From Thermodesulfobacteriota bacterium (GTDB lineage Bacteria > Desulfobacterota_D > UBA1144 > Nemesobacterales > JAJCZQ01), in assembly GCA_965215275.1 (NCBI GenBank), contig OZ244044.1, positions 384,001-448,000 of the forward strand: 64,000 nt of DNA. Reading direction: 5' to 3'. The notes under the pieces were generated by a model that saw only the letters and a list, made by a program, of their open reading frames with translations, ran no database searches and was not told the origin of the DNA. The position numbers and the translations under genes were made by a program. This document shows positions 1 to 9,138 of this stretch, in pieces. Positions within the stretch are counted from its first letter, which is position 1. Each line of letters opens with the position of its first letter.

Positions 1-1
1 A

Positions 2-106
2 CTGGCGCTGGCAAAAGGTAAGAAGAAGCACGATAAACGAGAAGATATAAAGAGAAAAGAAGCAAAACGAGAAATAGAAAAAGCAGTAAAAATAAGCAGA
101 AAATAG
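2..106 (+). CDS. smpB: SsrA-binding protein, C-terminal end (partial)
   Basis: Frame 2 reads LALAKGKKKHDKREDIKRKEAKREIEKAVKISRK*, the SmpB C-terminal tail; immediately upstream of tmRNA. Confidence 0.95.
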   Translation: MALAKGKKKHDKREDIKRKEAKREIEKAVKISRK

Positions 107-120
107 ATCTTTGAAAAAAT

Positions 121-473
121 GGGGGCGAAATGGCTTCGACGGTAAATGAGACAACTTATGCTGCATGTCGAGCTTATTAACTCGTAAAACTGATTGTGCA
201 CAATAAGTGCCGAACCAATTAATGCTCTCGCAGCTTAAAAAAAGGCTGTGACGTCTCATAAGACTATGCCCGTGAGTTTTATTGAGGCGCAATTTAACGG
301 GCTTGTCAGTTTACTTCGCTTGGTTGATAAGCTGGTGAAATTTTAAACTGAGCTTGCAAGGTTAGACCCGCCTGTTGGTATTGGCTTTGTGAAATTTAAT
401 AAGCAGGATAAACATGTAGATGCTGAGTGATGCTTTTTAGCGGACCTGGGTTCGATTCCCAGCGCCTCCACCA
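121..473 (+). ncRNA. ssrA: tmRNA; tag peptide (A)AEPINALAA* at 209..238
   Basis: 5' GGGGGCG pairs with 3' CGCCTCC-ACCA (G3:U alanine determinant); T-arm CTGGGTTCGATTCCCAG; internal ORF ending ALAA*. Confidence 0.97.
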
Positions 474-538
474 CTTTGAGTAAGAAAGAGATTTATAATA
501 GATAAAATGAAATATATTTCTTCTTGAGAAAATTATTC

Positions 539-566
539 TTGACATTCAGTTAAGAAAAAGTATAAT
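539..566 (+). promoter_or_regulatory. Consensus sigma70 promoter TTGACA-N16-TATAAT, followed by ATG 576 and a C12 tract (592..603)
   Basis: Perfect hexamers; the leader ORF 576..674 reads MKVSATPPPRKN... Confidence 0.7.
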
Positions 567-937
567 AGTACGACAATGAAAGTTTCTGCTACCCCCCCCC
601 CCCGCAAAAATCCTGTAGCAAACACGACTCCCTTAACTGGGATAACAGAGTTTTATTTCACTGGTATAGCTTAAAATCTTTACGAGCAATAATCAGTAAT
701 AGCGTAAATTCAACAGCAATATATCCACCATTTAATAACAACCGGGGATTTTATACTACACTAGGTATAGCTTCTGGAGTGAAGTTTCAGAATAGAAGTT
801 TTTGGAATGGTTATGTTCATAAGCATGTGTCAAGTTATTTATGTATTTGTTAGAAAAAGAAGGTTACTTCATAAAAAACAAAATTTAAGCAAGTTATTCA
901 GTGGAAAAATTTTTATAAATAAACAGGAGAACAAAGA

Positions 938-1087
938 ATGGATAAATCAAAATTATTAGACAATCTTTTCGCGCAAAAGATATTTAGAGTCCCAGATTAT
1001 CAGAGAGGTTATAAATGGCAGATAAATAAACCTAAAAATTTATGGGAAGATTTGATAAACCTTTCAGATCAACTTACTGAGAACTAA
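938..1087 (+). pseudogene. N-terminal stub of a DUF262 (GmrSD-type) protein, 49 aa
   Basis: RBS AGGAGA; MDKSKLLDNLFAQKIFRVPDYQRGYKW...LWEDL contains the DUF262 P-x-YQR-x-Y-x-W motif, then stops 3 nt before the next ATG. Confidence 0.75.
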
Positions 1088-1090
1088 GCT

Positions 1091-2326
1091 ATGCCTTCAA
1101 TCTTATCTTGGATCGATCATAACTCGGAAGATAGAGAACGTACGCTTCGTATCCTTTCCTTTTTTCAGGAAAAAGAAAGCCGTGACGAACTCGGACTTGG
1201 TTCTGTGCGAGATAGCTTCGCCGACCAACTATTTCCCGGCACAAGCACTTTGCAAACGCGCCTTCGCTATATGCTTTTTGTGCCATGGATATACCGCTCC
1301 CTAGAAGAGAAAAAAATACCTGCAGATAAGTTTGCTACCGAAGCTGGTAAAACAGAAAGAGACCTGATTCAGCCCCTGATAGATTCCAATGACCAGACAG
1401 TTGGAGTATTTGGCAAAACATCAGGAAAGGGGGTTAAACGATTACCTAGTTCCGTTTACTGGACAGGTCTTGGCATATGGGAAATACGGCTTACGCCGTT
1501 CTCACAGCATGAATATCACAAACGTATAGATGAAATATACCGTAGTCGAAATGCTTTAAAAACTCGCGAGAAAGAAGCTAAGTCGAGAGGAGATGATATT
1601 GACTTTGAGCAGAGAAAGAATGAGATTAGTTGGCATCCGAAATTGCCTCAACCTCCAAAAAACTTTCCTTCAGAGGCGGACTTTACCTTATCTCAAGAAG
1701 AAGCAGAGTTTATAAAAGACCGCATCCAGTGTGCTTGCCCCAATAGTTTACTATCTGTTTTAGCGTTGTCCTGTAAACCTGTTAATACTAATGCTCCGTG
1801 GAAACATCCGGATTACAGCAGCTTTTCCAAGGAACACAAAGAACTCTTGACCCATGCACGACTCTTCTCCGAGGTTATGCACGGGGCAGCACTCTCCTAT
1901 AATTTTCAGTTAGCCAAACTTCTACCTCATGATGATCTTGTCTCCAAACATCAGGCAAGTTTCAATAATTGGGCAAAAAACCTCCCCTTGAGGGAAATTG
2001 AAAATTGGGATATTGATCGTCTATGGAAATTGACCCAGGGACACAAACACAAAATTACTCCACGAACTACAAAATTTGTTGAGCAGTGGGTTAACTATGT
2101 TCAGAAAGACTCAAAAAATCTTCTTATAAACACCGGTGCGTTGAACTTGATTGAGAAGAGAGAAATGAAACTCAAAGGTACTCACTCTCGATTCAAAAAT
2201 CGGAGAGCACTTGAACAGTGGAGTGGATATTCGGGTCTCAGAAAATTCGATTACCGTTGGTCGAATGTAAAAGTGCTTTTGAACGACTTGTGCCAAGTTT
2301 CAAGTATAAATTGCGAGGAAAAATAA
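1091..2326 (+). CDS. DUF6361-like protein; first gene of a putative anti-phage operon (ZacA-like)
   Basis: 411 aa; RDELGLGSVRDSFADQLFPGTSTLQTRLRYMLFVPW and RLPSSVYWTGL motifs; coupled to the next gene by a TAATG overlap. Confidence 0.7.
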   Translation: MPSILSWIDHNSEDRERTLRILSFFQEKESRDELGLGSVRDSFADQLFPGTSTLQTRLRYMLFVPWIYRSLEEKKIPADKFATEAGKTERDLIQPLIDSNDQTVGVFGKTSGKGVKRLPSSVYWTGLGIWEIRLTPFSQHEYHKRIDEIYRSRNALKTREKEAKSRGDDIDFEQRKNEISWHPKLPQPPKNFPSEADFTLSQEEAEFIKDRIQCACPNSLLSVLALSCKPVNTNAPWKHPDYSSFSKEHKELLTHARLFSEVMHGAALSYNFQLAKLLPHDDLVSKHQASFNNWAKNLPLREIENWDIDRLWKLTQGHKHKITPRTTKFVEQWVNYVQKDSKNLLINTGALNLIEKREMKLKGTHSRFKNRRALEQWSGYSGLRKFDYRWSNVKVLLNDLCQVSSINCEEK

Positions 2327-4134
2327 TGCTGAATCCAAACTCCCGAAGTCTTTATACATCTGCATTGACCCCTCCACCGGGAATGGTCTTACGCAAAGCT
2401 ATTGCAACAACTTTTTCAATGGACCCAACTTTACTGCTTGAGGTTCCCGTCTACTTGGCTTTAATAGCAGCAGATAATCAAACAGATAATAAGGACCTGT
2501 CTATTCTTGAAGCCATACGTAGATACTCTAAGCATATTACTGTCTATGTAGAAAAGGGAAGGATTAAAGTACCCAATACCACAAACCCCTTGTTTGGTTT
2601 TCTCGAAGAAATGGTAGTAGAAGTAACAGCTCCTAGGGGAGGTGTTTTTCATCCAAAAGTCTGGGCAATCCATTTTGTAAACCCCAGTCAAGAGAGTTCA
2701 ATATATCGCCTAGTGGTGCTAACCAGAAATATGACCACAGATAAATCCTGGGACCTGTCGCTTCAACTCGAAGGCACAATTAAAAACCAAAAGTTTAAAA
2801 CAAATAAACCCTTGGCACATTTATTCGAACTACTTCCTCGTATGGCTACAAGACCAATAGATACGCACAGGAAAGAGCAAACACTTAAATTCGCAGAGGA
2901 ACTACACAGAGTTAAATGGGAACTCCCCAACGGCTTTGATGAAATGACCTTTTATCTTCCGGGAACAGAAGATTTTGATTGGAAACCTCCCAAGGCAAAA
3001 CGAGTGGCCGTTATTTCCCCTTTCTGCTCTGACGATGCCTTACAAATGTTGGTAAAACAAACCGAGGCCATTGATGATGTGCTGGTTTCACGACCAGAGG
3101 CATTATCTGCTCTTAGAGAAGAAACACTCACGCTCTTCTCGAAATGTTGTCATTTGGATGAAGCAGCAGAAACCGAAGATGGCGAGGAACACGACGCCAC
3201 TAATCAACCATTTGCGGTCGGTCTCCATGCAAAAGCTTACCTGTTTGAGAGCAAATATTATTCTAACTACACTCATTTGGTTATGGGGTCCGCAAATGCA
3301 ACTAATCCAGCATTGAAAACTTCGAAGAATATTGAGATTCTTGTAGGACTGGTTGGAAAGAAAAACAAAATCGGAGGCATCGACGAGTTGATTAGCACTG
3401 ATGGTTTGGGCGAATATCTTGTCGATTTCGACAGAATTAATAATCAAGTTACAATTGATGAAACACGGCAGGGGGCTGAAAAATTTATTGAGGAGGCACG
3501 ATCATGTTTAGCTAACATACACCTGCTCATATGGTGTAGCCCTGGATCGAATGATGACTTGTGGACTTTGGTACTGATAGGAGAAATCCCATCCCTTAAT
3601 GGAATTGTCAGTGCTTATACATGGCCTATAACAGTCCCTCAAAAAAATCATGCGGTGAACATATTAGACAATAATACTCATGACAAGATTAGACTTGGAG
3701 AAGTTTCTACTTCTTCTGTAACAGGCCTTATGGCTTTTGAACTTAAGACCAAGCATCCAGATGTTACCATTAGATTCGTGCTGAATATTCCTATTGAAGG
3801 CGTTCCAAAGGAACGCAACTCTGCCATCTTACAAACCGTGGTTACGAATCGGGAGGAATTCTTTCGTTACCTGATACTCTTACTGGGTGATGATGATATG
3901 GTATCCGGATTCAATCATAGCAACAGCAGCCCAAAATTGATCAACTTGTTCTACCGATTAGCTGACGGTGAAGATATTCCATTACTAGAAGAGTTAACTC
4001 GCACTTACAGTCGACACCCTGAGAGACTGAAAGAAGTATCAGAATTGATTCGTGATTTGTCTCAGGGAAAACAGAACAAAATTATCCCCCAGAAGTTTCT
4101 AGATCTCTGGAAAGTTTTTGAAGATGCTATATAG
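2326..4134 (+). CDS. Phospholipase D-family nuclease-like protein (ZacB-like)
   Basis: Two HxK motifs (FHPKVW...TRNMT; LHAKAY...GSANAT); ATG 2326 overlaps the upstream stop and is more plausible than GTG 2218. Confidence 0.75.
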   Translation: MLNPNSRSLYTSALTPPPGMVLRKAIATTFSMDPTLLLEVPVYLALIAADNQTDNKDLSILEAIRRYSKHITVYVEKGRIKVPNTTNPLFGFLEEMVVEVTAPRGGVFHPKVWAIHFVNPSQESSIYRLVVLTRNMTTDKSWDLSLQLEGTIKNQKFKTNKPLAHLFELLPRMATRPIDTHRKEQTLKFAEELHRVKWELPNGFDEMTFYLPGTEDFDWKPPKAKRVAVISPFCSDDALQMLVKQTEAIDDVLVSRPEALSALREETLTLFSKCCHLDEAAETEDGEEHDATNQPFAVGLHAKAYLFESKYYSNYTHLVMGSANATNPALKTSKNIEILVGLVGKKNKIGGIDELISTDGLGEYLVDFDRINNQVTIDETRQGAEKFIEEARSCLANIHLLIWCSPGSNDDLWTLVLIGEIPSLNGIVSAYTWPITVPQKNHAVNILDNNTHDKIRLGEVSTSSVTGLMAFELKTKHPDVTIRFVLNIPIEGVPKERNSAILQTVVTNREEFFRYLILLLGDDDMVSGFNHSNSSPKLINLFYRLADGEDIPLLEELTRTYSRHPERLKEVSELIRDLSQGKQNKIIPQKFLDLWKVFEDAI

Positions 4135-4139
4135 GAAAC

Positions 4140-7100
4140 GTGATGCATAACACCCGCTTTTCATCAAAGCCTGCTTTAGACGGTCTAAAAGACTTCCAGA
4201 AAAGAACCGTTGAATATGTTTTTAAGCGACTCTATGGCAATGACTCGACTTCCCGTTTTTTAGTCGCTGATGAAGTTGGGCTTGGAAAAACACTCGTTGC
4301 CAGAGGAATCATCGCCAAGACCTTGGAACATCTGCAAGATAAAGTAAAACGGATAGATGTCGTCTACATCTGTTCCAATGCCGCAATTGCGGCCCAGAAC
4401 ATCAACCGGCTTAACGTCGATAACACCAATAGTTTTTCAATATCCACACGATTGACTTACCTGCCAAGAGAGGTACAGAATCTGCGAAAAAACAAGGTAA
4501 ATTTCATCAGTTTCACACCTAGTACCACTTTTGACCATATTCGTAGTCGAGGTGGGCATGCTGATGAGCGTGCCATTCTGTATAGGATGCTGCACGATTT
4601 GCTCCTGTCGCAGAATAACAAACAAAAACACTTGCACATAGGTCTGCTTAACATCCTTCAGGCAAAAGTAAGTAAAGATAACTGGCGAGCTAAGGCCAAA
4701 AATCTTTCTGCAAAGGATTTGGATTTGGACCTTTCCAAGGACTTCTGTAAAGCAGTCCGCGGAGATACGGAACTGTTTGAGTCCTTGAAGGAAGGCTGCA
4801 AACGTTTTGCTCGCTACCGAGATTACAGCAAACTTCCTCCGGAAGATTCTGAGTTTCGCTACAACTTAATCGGCAAGCTCAGAAGTACTCTGGCTTCAGT
4901 ATGTATGAACGCACTTGAACCAGATTTGGTTATCCTTGATGAGTTTCAAAGATTCAAGCATATACTGGATGGCGATAACGAAGCCTGTATACTGGCATCA
5001 AAACTCTTCAAATATACCGATGTTCGCGTTCTTCTGCTTTCTGCAACACCCTACAAGATGCTAACACTTGACCAAGAACCTGACGAGGACCACTATCCAG
5101 ATTTCATCAGAACGCTAAAATTCCTGTTTAATAACCCCTGCAAAGTAGATGAGGTTAAAAAACTCTTATCGGAAGATCGAGCTACACTTTCTGACCACCC
5201 TAATAATTCGAAAAAAGCTGAAATACAACAAGTTCTCCTCAAGGTAATGTGTAGAACAGAACGGGTTGCTACGACTCAAGATTACAACTCAATGCTCGTA
5301 GAAATTAACAGTTCGGCCCCCCTTAAACCAGCAGACCTTCATCATGCTAAGACTGTTGATACGATTGCTCGCAATATCGGAGCTGATGAACCGATCGAAT
5401 ACTGGAAGTCCGCACCATATCTGATTAATTTTCTGAAACATTATGAGTTGAGACATAAACTGGATACCCAGTTGAATAACCCTTCACCTAATCTTCGAAA
5501 GATTCTTTCATCAGCAAACAAACAGTTGCTGACAAAGGATCAATTTGAAGAATATAAATATTTCGACCCTGCCAATCCAAGGATGCGTGTACTTTTTGGA
5601 GACACGATCGATAAGGGTATGTGGCAACTCTTATGGATGCCACCGTCTATGCCATATATCAAGCCTAGTGGTCCATACCAAGATAAAGATAATTTGACAA
5701 AAGCACTTATATTTTCCTCGTGGAGCGTGGTCCCAGACGCAATTGCATCAATCTGCTCCTACGAAGCCGAACGGAATATGATCACCCAAAACAAGAGTTT
5801 GGTTTCACACAGTGAACTCTATGACAAGATTAAACCACTGCTGCGGTTTGGGGTGGACGCTAAAGATGATCGCCGCCGCTTAACAGGAATGCCTATCATT
5901 GCCTGGTTACTGCCGTCACCGACTCTCGCCACCAAGATTGACCCACTTAAAATTACACTGAACCATGAAGGCAAACCAATGAACACCCAAGAATTGAAAG
6001 ATGAGGTCAAGACTATCTGCCGCAGTTTAATTAAAAATCTGCCTGATGCTAAAGTAGATACACGTGCCGATGAAAGATGGTACTGGGCGGCCCCAATCCT
6101 TCTTGATTCCCATAATGGTTTACTAGACTGGTGTACGGAATGGAGTTCCACTACGCCAGACCATATATCAGACAATCTTTTTAAGGAGCACATCAACCTG
6201 CTAATCAACATGGCAGAGGGTAATGTTGATCCTCCTCTTGGTCCACAACCTGACGATCTCGTAGATGTGCTTTGCGATCTTGCTCTAGCCGGCCCGGGTA
6301 TATGTGCATTGCGAGCACTTCGTCGTATAGGTGACAAACTCGACGCATCTAATCATAATATACTGTCAGCTGCCGCTAAAATAGCATCTGGTTTCCGGTC
6401 TCTCTTCAATATGCCAGAGACAATTGCTATGCTGCGAGGCTACTATGGTGATGGTACCTATTGGCGATTAACTCTTCAGTATGGTATCCACGGAAATATC
6501 CAATCTGTGCTTGATGAATATGTACATATCCTTCAAGAATCGTTGGGGCTTCAAAAATATTCACAAGAAGATCAAGTAACCAAAATTGCTGATTACATTA
6601 AATCTGTGTTATCACTGCAAACCGCACAGATTAAAATCGACGAGATTAAAAAATCAGGAAATGGTTTTATTGTTAATAATTTCAACACCCGATGCCGTTT
6701 CGCACTCCGATTCGGTGATATTCGAAATGATAATAATAAAATTCTTGTTCGTGCCAATTTAGTAAGAGACGCTTTCAATTCTCCTTTTAGGCCTTTTATC
6801 CTTGCTTCAACTTCAATAGGCCAGGAAGGACTGGATTTCCACACATGGTGCCATGCTGTAATGCATTGGAACTTGCCCCCTAATCCAGTAGACCTTGAAC
6901 AACGAGAAGGTAGGGTTCATCGATATAAAGGACATGCAGTCAGAAAGAATATTGCGAAACGATATGGCTTGAGAACGCTATCTAAGTCATATAAATACAA
7001 CCAAGGTGACCCATGGAAGATTCTCTTTCAAACCGCGTCGCAGAATAAATCCAGTGGCCACTCCGATCTAATCCCGTACTGGATTTTTGAAGAAGTAGAA

Positions 7101-7307
7101 AATCCTGCCAAAGTAGAGCGACGCATCCCGCTTCCCCCTTACAGCAAAGAAGAAGGAAGGCTCAAACGCCTAAAGAAGGGATTAGCCTTATACAGGAGGG
7201 TCTTTGGTCAGCCACGACAGGAAGATCTACTTTTCATCCTAAGCCAAAATAGTAATAAAGGGGCGGCAAATTTAGCAGATTATATAATTTCCCTTCAACC
7301 TCCATGA
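4140..7307 (+). CDS. SF2 (SNF2-like) helicase (ZacC-like)
   Basis: ADEVGLGKT, DEFQ, SAT, QEGLD and EQREGRVHR motifs; 1055 aa. Confidence 0.85.
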   Translation: MMHNTRFSSKPALDGLKDFQKRTVEYVFKRLYGNDSTSRFLVADEVGLGKTLVARGIIAKTLEHLQDKVKRIDVVYICSNAAIAAQNINRLNVDNTNSFSISTRLTYLPREVQNLRKNKVNFISFTPSTTFDHIRSRGGHADERAILYRMLHDLLLSQNNKQKHLHIGLLNILQAKVSKDNWRAKAKNLSAKDLDLDLSKDFCKAVRGDTELFESLKEGCKRFARYRDYSKLPPEDSEFRYNLIGKLRSTLASVCMNALEPDLVILDEFQRFKHILDGDNEACILASKLFKYTDVRVLLLSATPYKMLTLDQEPDEDHYPDFIRTLKFLFNNPCKVDEVKKLLSEDRATLSDHPNNSKKAEIQQVLLKVMCRTERVATTQDYNSMLVEINSSAPLKPADLHHAKTVDTIARNIGADEPIEYWKSAPYLINFLKHYELRHKLDTQLNNPSPNLRKILSSANKQLLTKDQFEEYKYFDPANPRMRVLFGDTIDKGMWQLLWMPPSMPYIKPSGPYQDKDNLTKALIFSSWSVVPDAIASICSYEAERNMITQNKSLVSHSELYDKIKPLLRFGVDAKDDRRRLTGMPIIAWLLPSPTLATKIDPLKITLNHEGKPMNTQELKDEVKTICRSLIKNLPDAKVDTRADERWYWAAPILLDSHNGLLDWCTEWSSTTPDHISDNLFKEHINLLINMAEGNVDPPLGPQPDDLVDVLCDLALAGPGICALRALRRIGDKLDASNHNILSAAAKIASGFRSLFNMPETIAMLRGYYGDGTYWRLTLQYGIHGNIQSVLDEYVHILQESLGLQKYSQEDQVTKIADYIKSVLSLQTAQIKIDEIKKSGNGFIVNNFNTRCRFALRFGDIRNDNNKILVRANLVRDAFNSPFRPFILASTSIGQEGLDFHTWCHAVMHWNLPPNPVDLEQREGRVHRYKGHAVRKNIAKRYGLRTLSKSYKYNQGDPWKILFQTASQNKSSGHSDLIPYWIFEEVENPAKVERRIPLPPYSKEEGRLKRLKKGLALYRRVFGQPRQEDLLFILSQNSNKGAANLADYIISLQPP

Positions 7308-7514
7308 TTTGGATAAGGATTATTTGGAATCCGGTTTAGCATAGGAAACATCCTCTTAACAAGTTTTGCTCAATATCATTGATTAAAATCAGACTGCCTT
7401 TTCTCCGCTTTTGAAGCCATGTAATAGAATATTAGAAATCCTCTAGCACTAATTCTTAAGCATATATTTCAAACAATCCTGAAAATCCCATTTGACAATT
7501 CAACTTTATAACGT

Positions 7515-7868
7515 TATTTTAAAAAAAAAGATAATTTAAATTAAAAAAACTTTCTATTTTAAAAAAAAAGATAATTTAAATTAAAAAAACTTTCTATTTT
7601 AAAAAAAAAGATAATTTAAATTAAAAAAACTTTCTATTTTAAAAAAAAAGATAATTTAAATTAAAAAAACTTTCTATTTTAAAAAAAAAGATAATTTAAA
7701 TTAAAAAAACTTTCTATTTTAAAAAAAAAGATAATTTAAATTAAAAAAACTTTCTATTTTAAAAAAAAAGATAATTTAAATTAAAAAAACTTTCTATTTT
7801 AAAAAAAAAGATAATTTAAATTAAAAAAACTTTCTATTTTAAAAAAAAAGATAATTTAAATTAAAAAA
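7515..7868. repeat. 40-bp tandem array, about 8.9 copies (TATTTTAAAAAAAAAGATAATTTAAATTAAAAAAACTTTC)
   Basis: Identical units with 40-bp period; each holds the palindrome TAATTTAAATTA; no spacers. Confidence 0.97.
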
Positions 7869-7881
7869 GTAAAATAAGAAC

Positions 7882-9048
7882 ATGAACCGAAAACTGCAAG
7901 GTCGTTATATTACCACTTCGACAGCTGGAGAAAACGTGAATGCCTTTATTCCGGTACCATTACCACCGGTACCACCTATTGAGTGGTCATCAGAACTCAG
8001 AGAAAAATTTAATAAGGCTATGTGGGCACTTGGCCGGCTTGACAGCGGATCGGAACCACTTCCGGATACCTCGCTCTTCCTTTATATGTATGTACGTAAG
8101 GAGGCCGTTCTTTCTTCAATGATAGAAGGGACCCAATCTTCACTTTCCGACCTGCTCCTGTTTGAACTTGAGCATCAGCCGGGAGTTCCTCTGGATGATG
8201 TTCAGGAGGTTAGTAATTACGTGTCAGCACTTAATCATGGTTTAAAACGGCTTGAGGAGAATTTTCCACTTTCGCTTCGATTGTTGAAAGAAATTCACAG
8301 TATCCTGCTCTCAAAAGGGCGTGGCGAAAAGCGTAACCCCGGTGAATTTAGAGAAAGTCAGAACTGGATCGGTGGAAGTCGTCCCGGTACTGCTGTATTC
8401 GTTCCCCCTCCTCCGAAATACGTTCAGGAATGTATGGGCAAGCTTGAATTATTTCTGCATGATAGGCCAGAAAAAACACCCGTACTGATCAAGGCAGCAC
8501 TGGCACATGTACAGTTTGAAACCATTCATCCATTTCTTGATGGTAACGGCCGTCTCGGTCGTTTGATCATTACCCTGCTTCTTTGCCATGAAAAGGTACT
8601 TAACAAGCCAATGCTCTATCTGAGTTTATATTTCAAGACGCATCGCCAGCGTTACTATGAACTGCTGAACGAAGTCCGCCTGACCGGTGACTGGGAAGCA
8701 TGGCTTGATTTTTTTGCAGATGCAGTGATCTATACATCGACCCAGGCAGTGAAAACGGCACGGCAACTGATGAAACTGTCAGCCAAAGACGAACAACGGA
8801 TCAACAACCTGAAAAGGATCTCCGGTTCGGCACACCTCATCCACAAAGCAATGCTGGAACGCCCTATAGCTTCTCCAAACTGGGTACAGAAAAAAACACA
8901 ACTTTCGCCAGCTACCGTTAATGCCTGTCTGCGAAAACTGGAACTATCAGGGATAGTCAAAGAGATCACGGGAAGGAAGCGGAACCGCATCTATTCCTAT
9001 GTGGAATATATACAAATCATGAACAAAGGAACAGAACTGAACCCTTGA
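7882..9048 (+). CDS. Fic-family AMPylase, class II, with C-terminal wHTH
   Basis: HPFLDGNGRLGR active site; N-terminal inhibitory motif SSMIEG; HTH-like tail LSPATVNACLRKLELSGIVKEITGRKRNRIY. Confidence 0.92.
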   Translation: MNRKLQGRYITTSTAGENVNAFIPVPLPPVPPIEWSSELREKFNKAMWALGRLDSGSEPLPDTSLFLYMYVRKEAVLSSMIEGTQSSLSDLLLFELEHQPGVPLDDVQEVSNYVSALNHGLKRLEENFPLSLRLLKEIHSILLSKGRGEKRNPGEFRESQNWIGGSRPGTAVFVPPPPKYVQECMGKLELFLHDRPEKTPVLIKAALAHVQFETIHPFLDGNGRLGRLIITLLLCHEKVLNKPMLYLSLYFKTHRQRYYELLNEVRLTGDWEAWLDFFADAVIYTSTQAVKTARQLMKLSAKDEQRINNLKRISGSAHLIHKAMLERPIASPNWVQKKTQLSPATVNACLRKLELSGIVKEITGRKRNRIYSYVEYIQIMNKGTELNP

Positions 9049-9076
9049 AACACTACCTCATCTGTTCTTGGAACGG

Positions 9077-9115
9077 TGGTGGACTGCTTATCTACATTGA
9101 TAAAGCAGTCCACCA
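9077..9115. terminator. Stem-loop between convergent fic and TonB receptor genes
   Basis: TGGTGGACTGCTT ... AAGCAGTCCACCA inverted repeat. Confidence 0.6.
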
Positions 9116-9138
9116 TAAAATTCTTTTTTAATTCACTC

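Noticed and set aside
651..773. Degenerate direct repeat CACT(A)GGTATAGCTT about 100 bp apart
   Set aside because: Only two short copies in AT-rich DNA; no assignable function
2218..2325. ORF-track N-terminal extensions (PLD from 2218; likewise uppS 60997, purN 54470, DUF3943 30639)
   Set aside because: They overlap neighbours or lack family similarity; downstream ATGs fit better
7515..7868. CRISPR array
   Set aside because: Units abut with no unique spacers, and no cas genes are present
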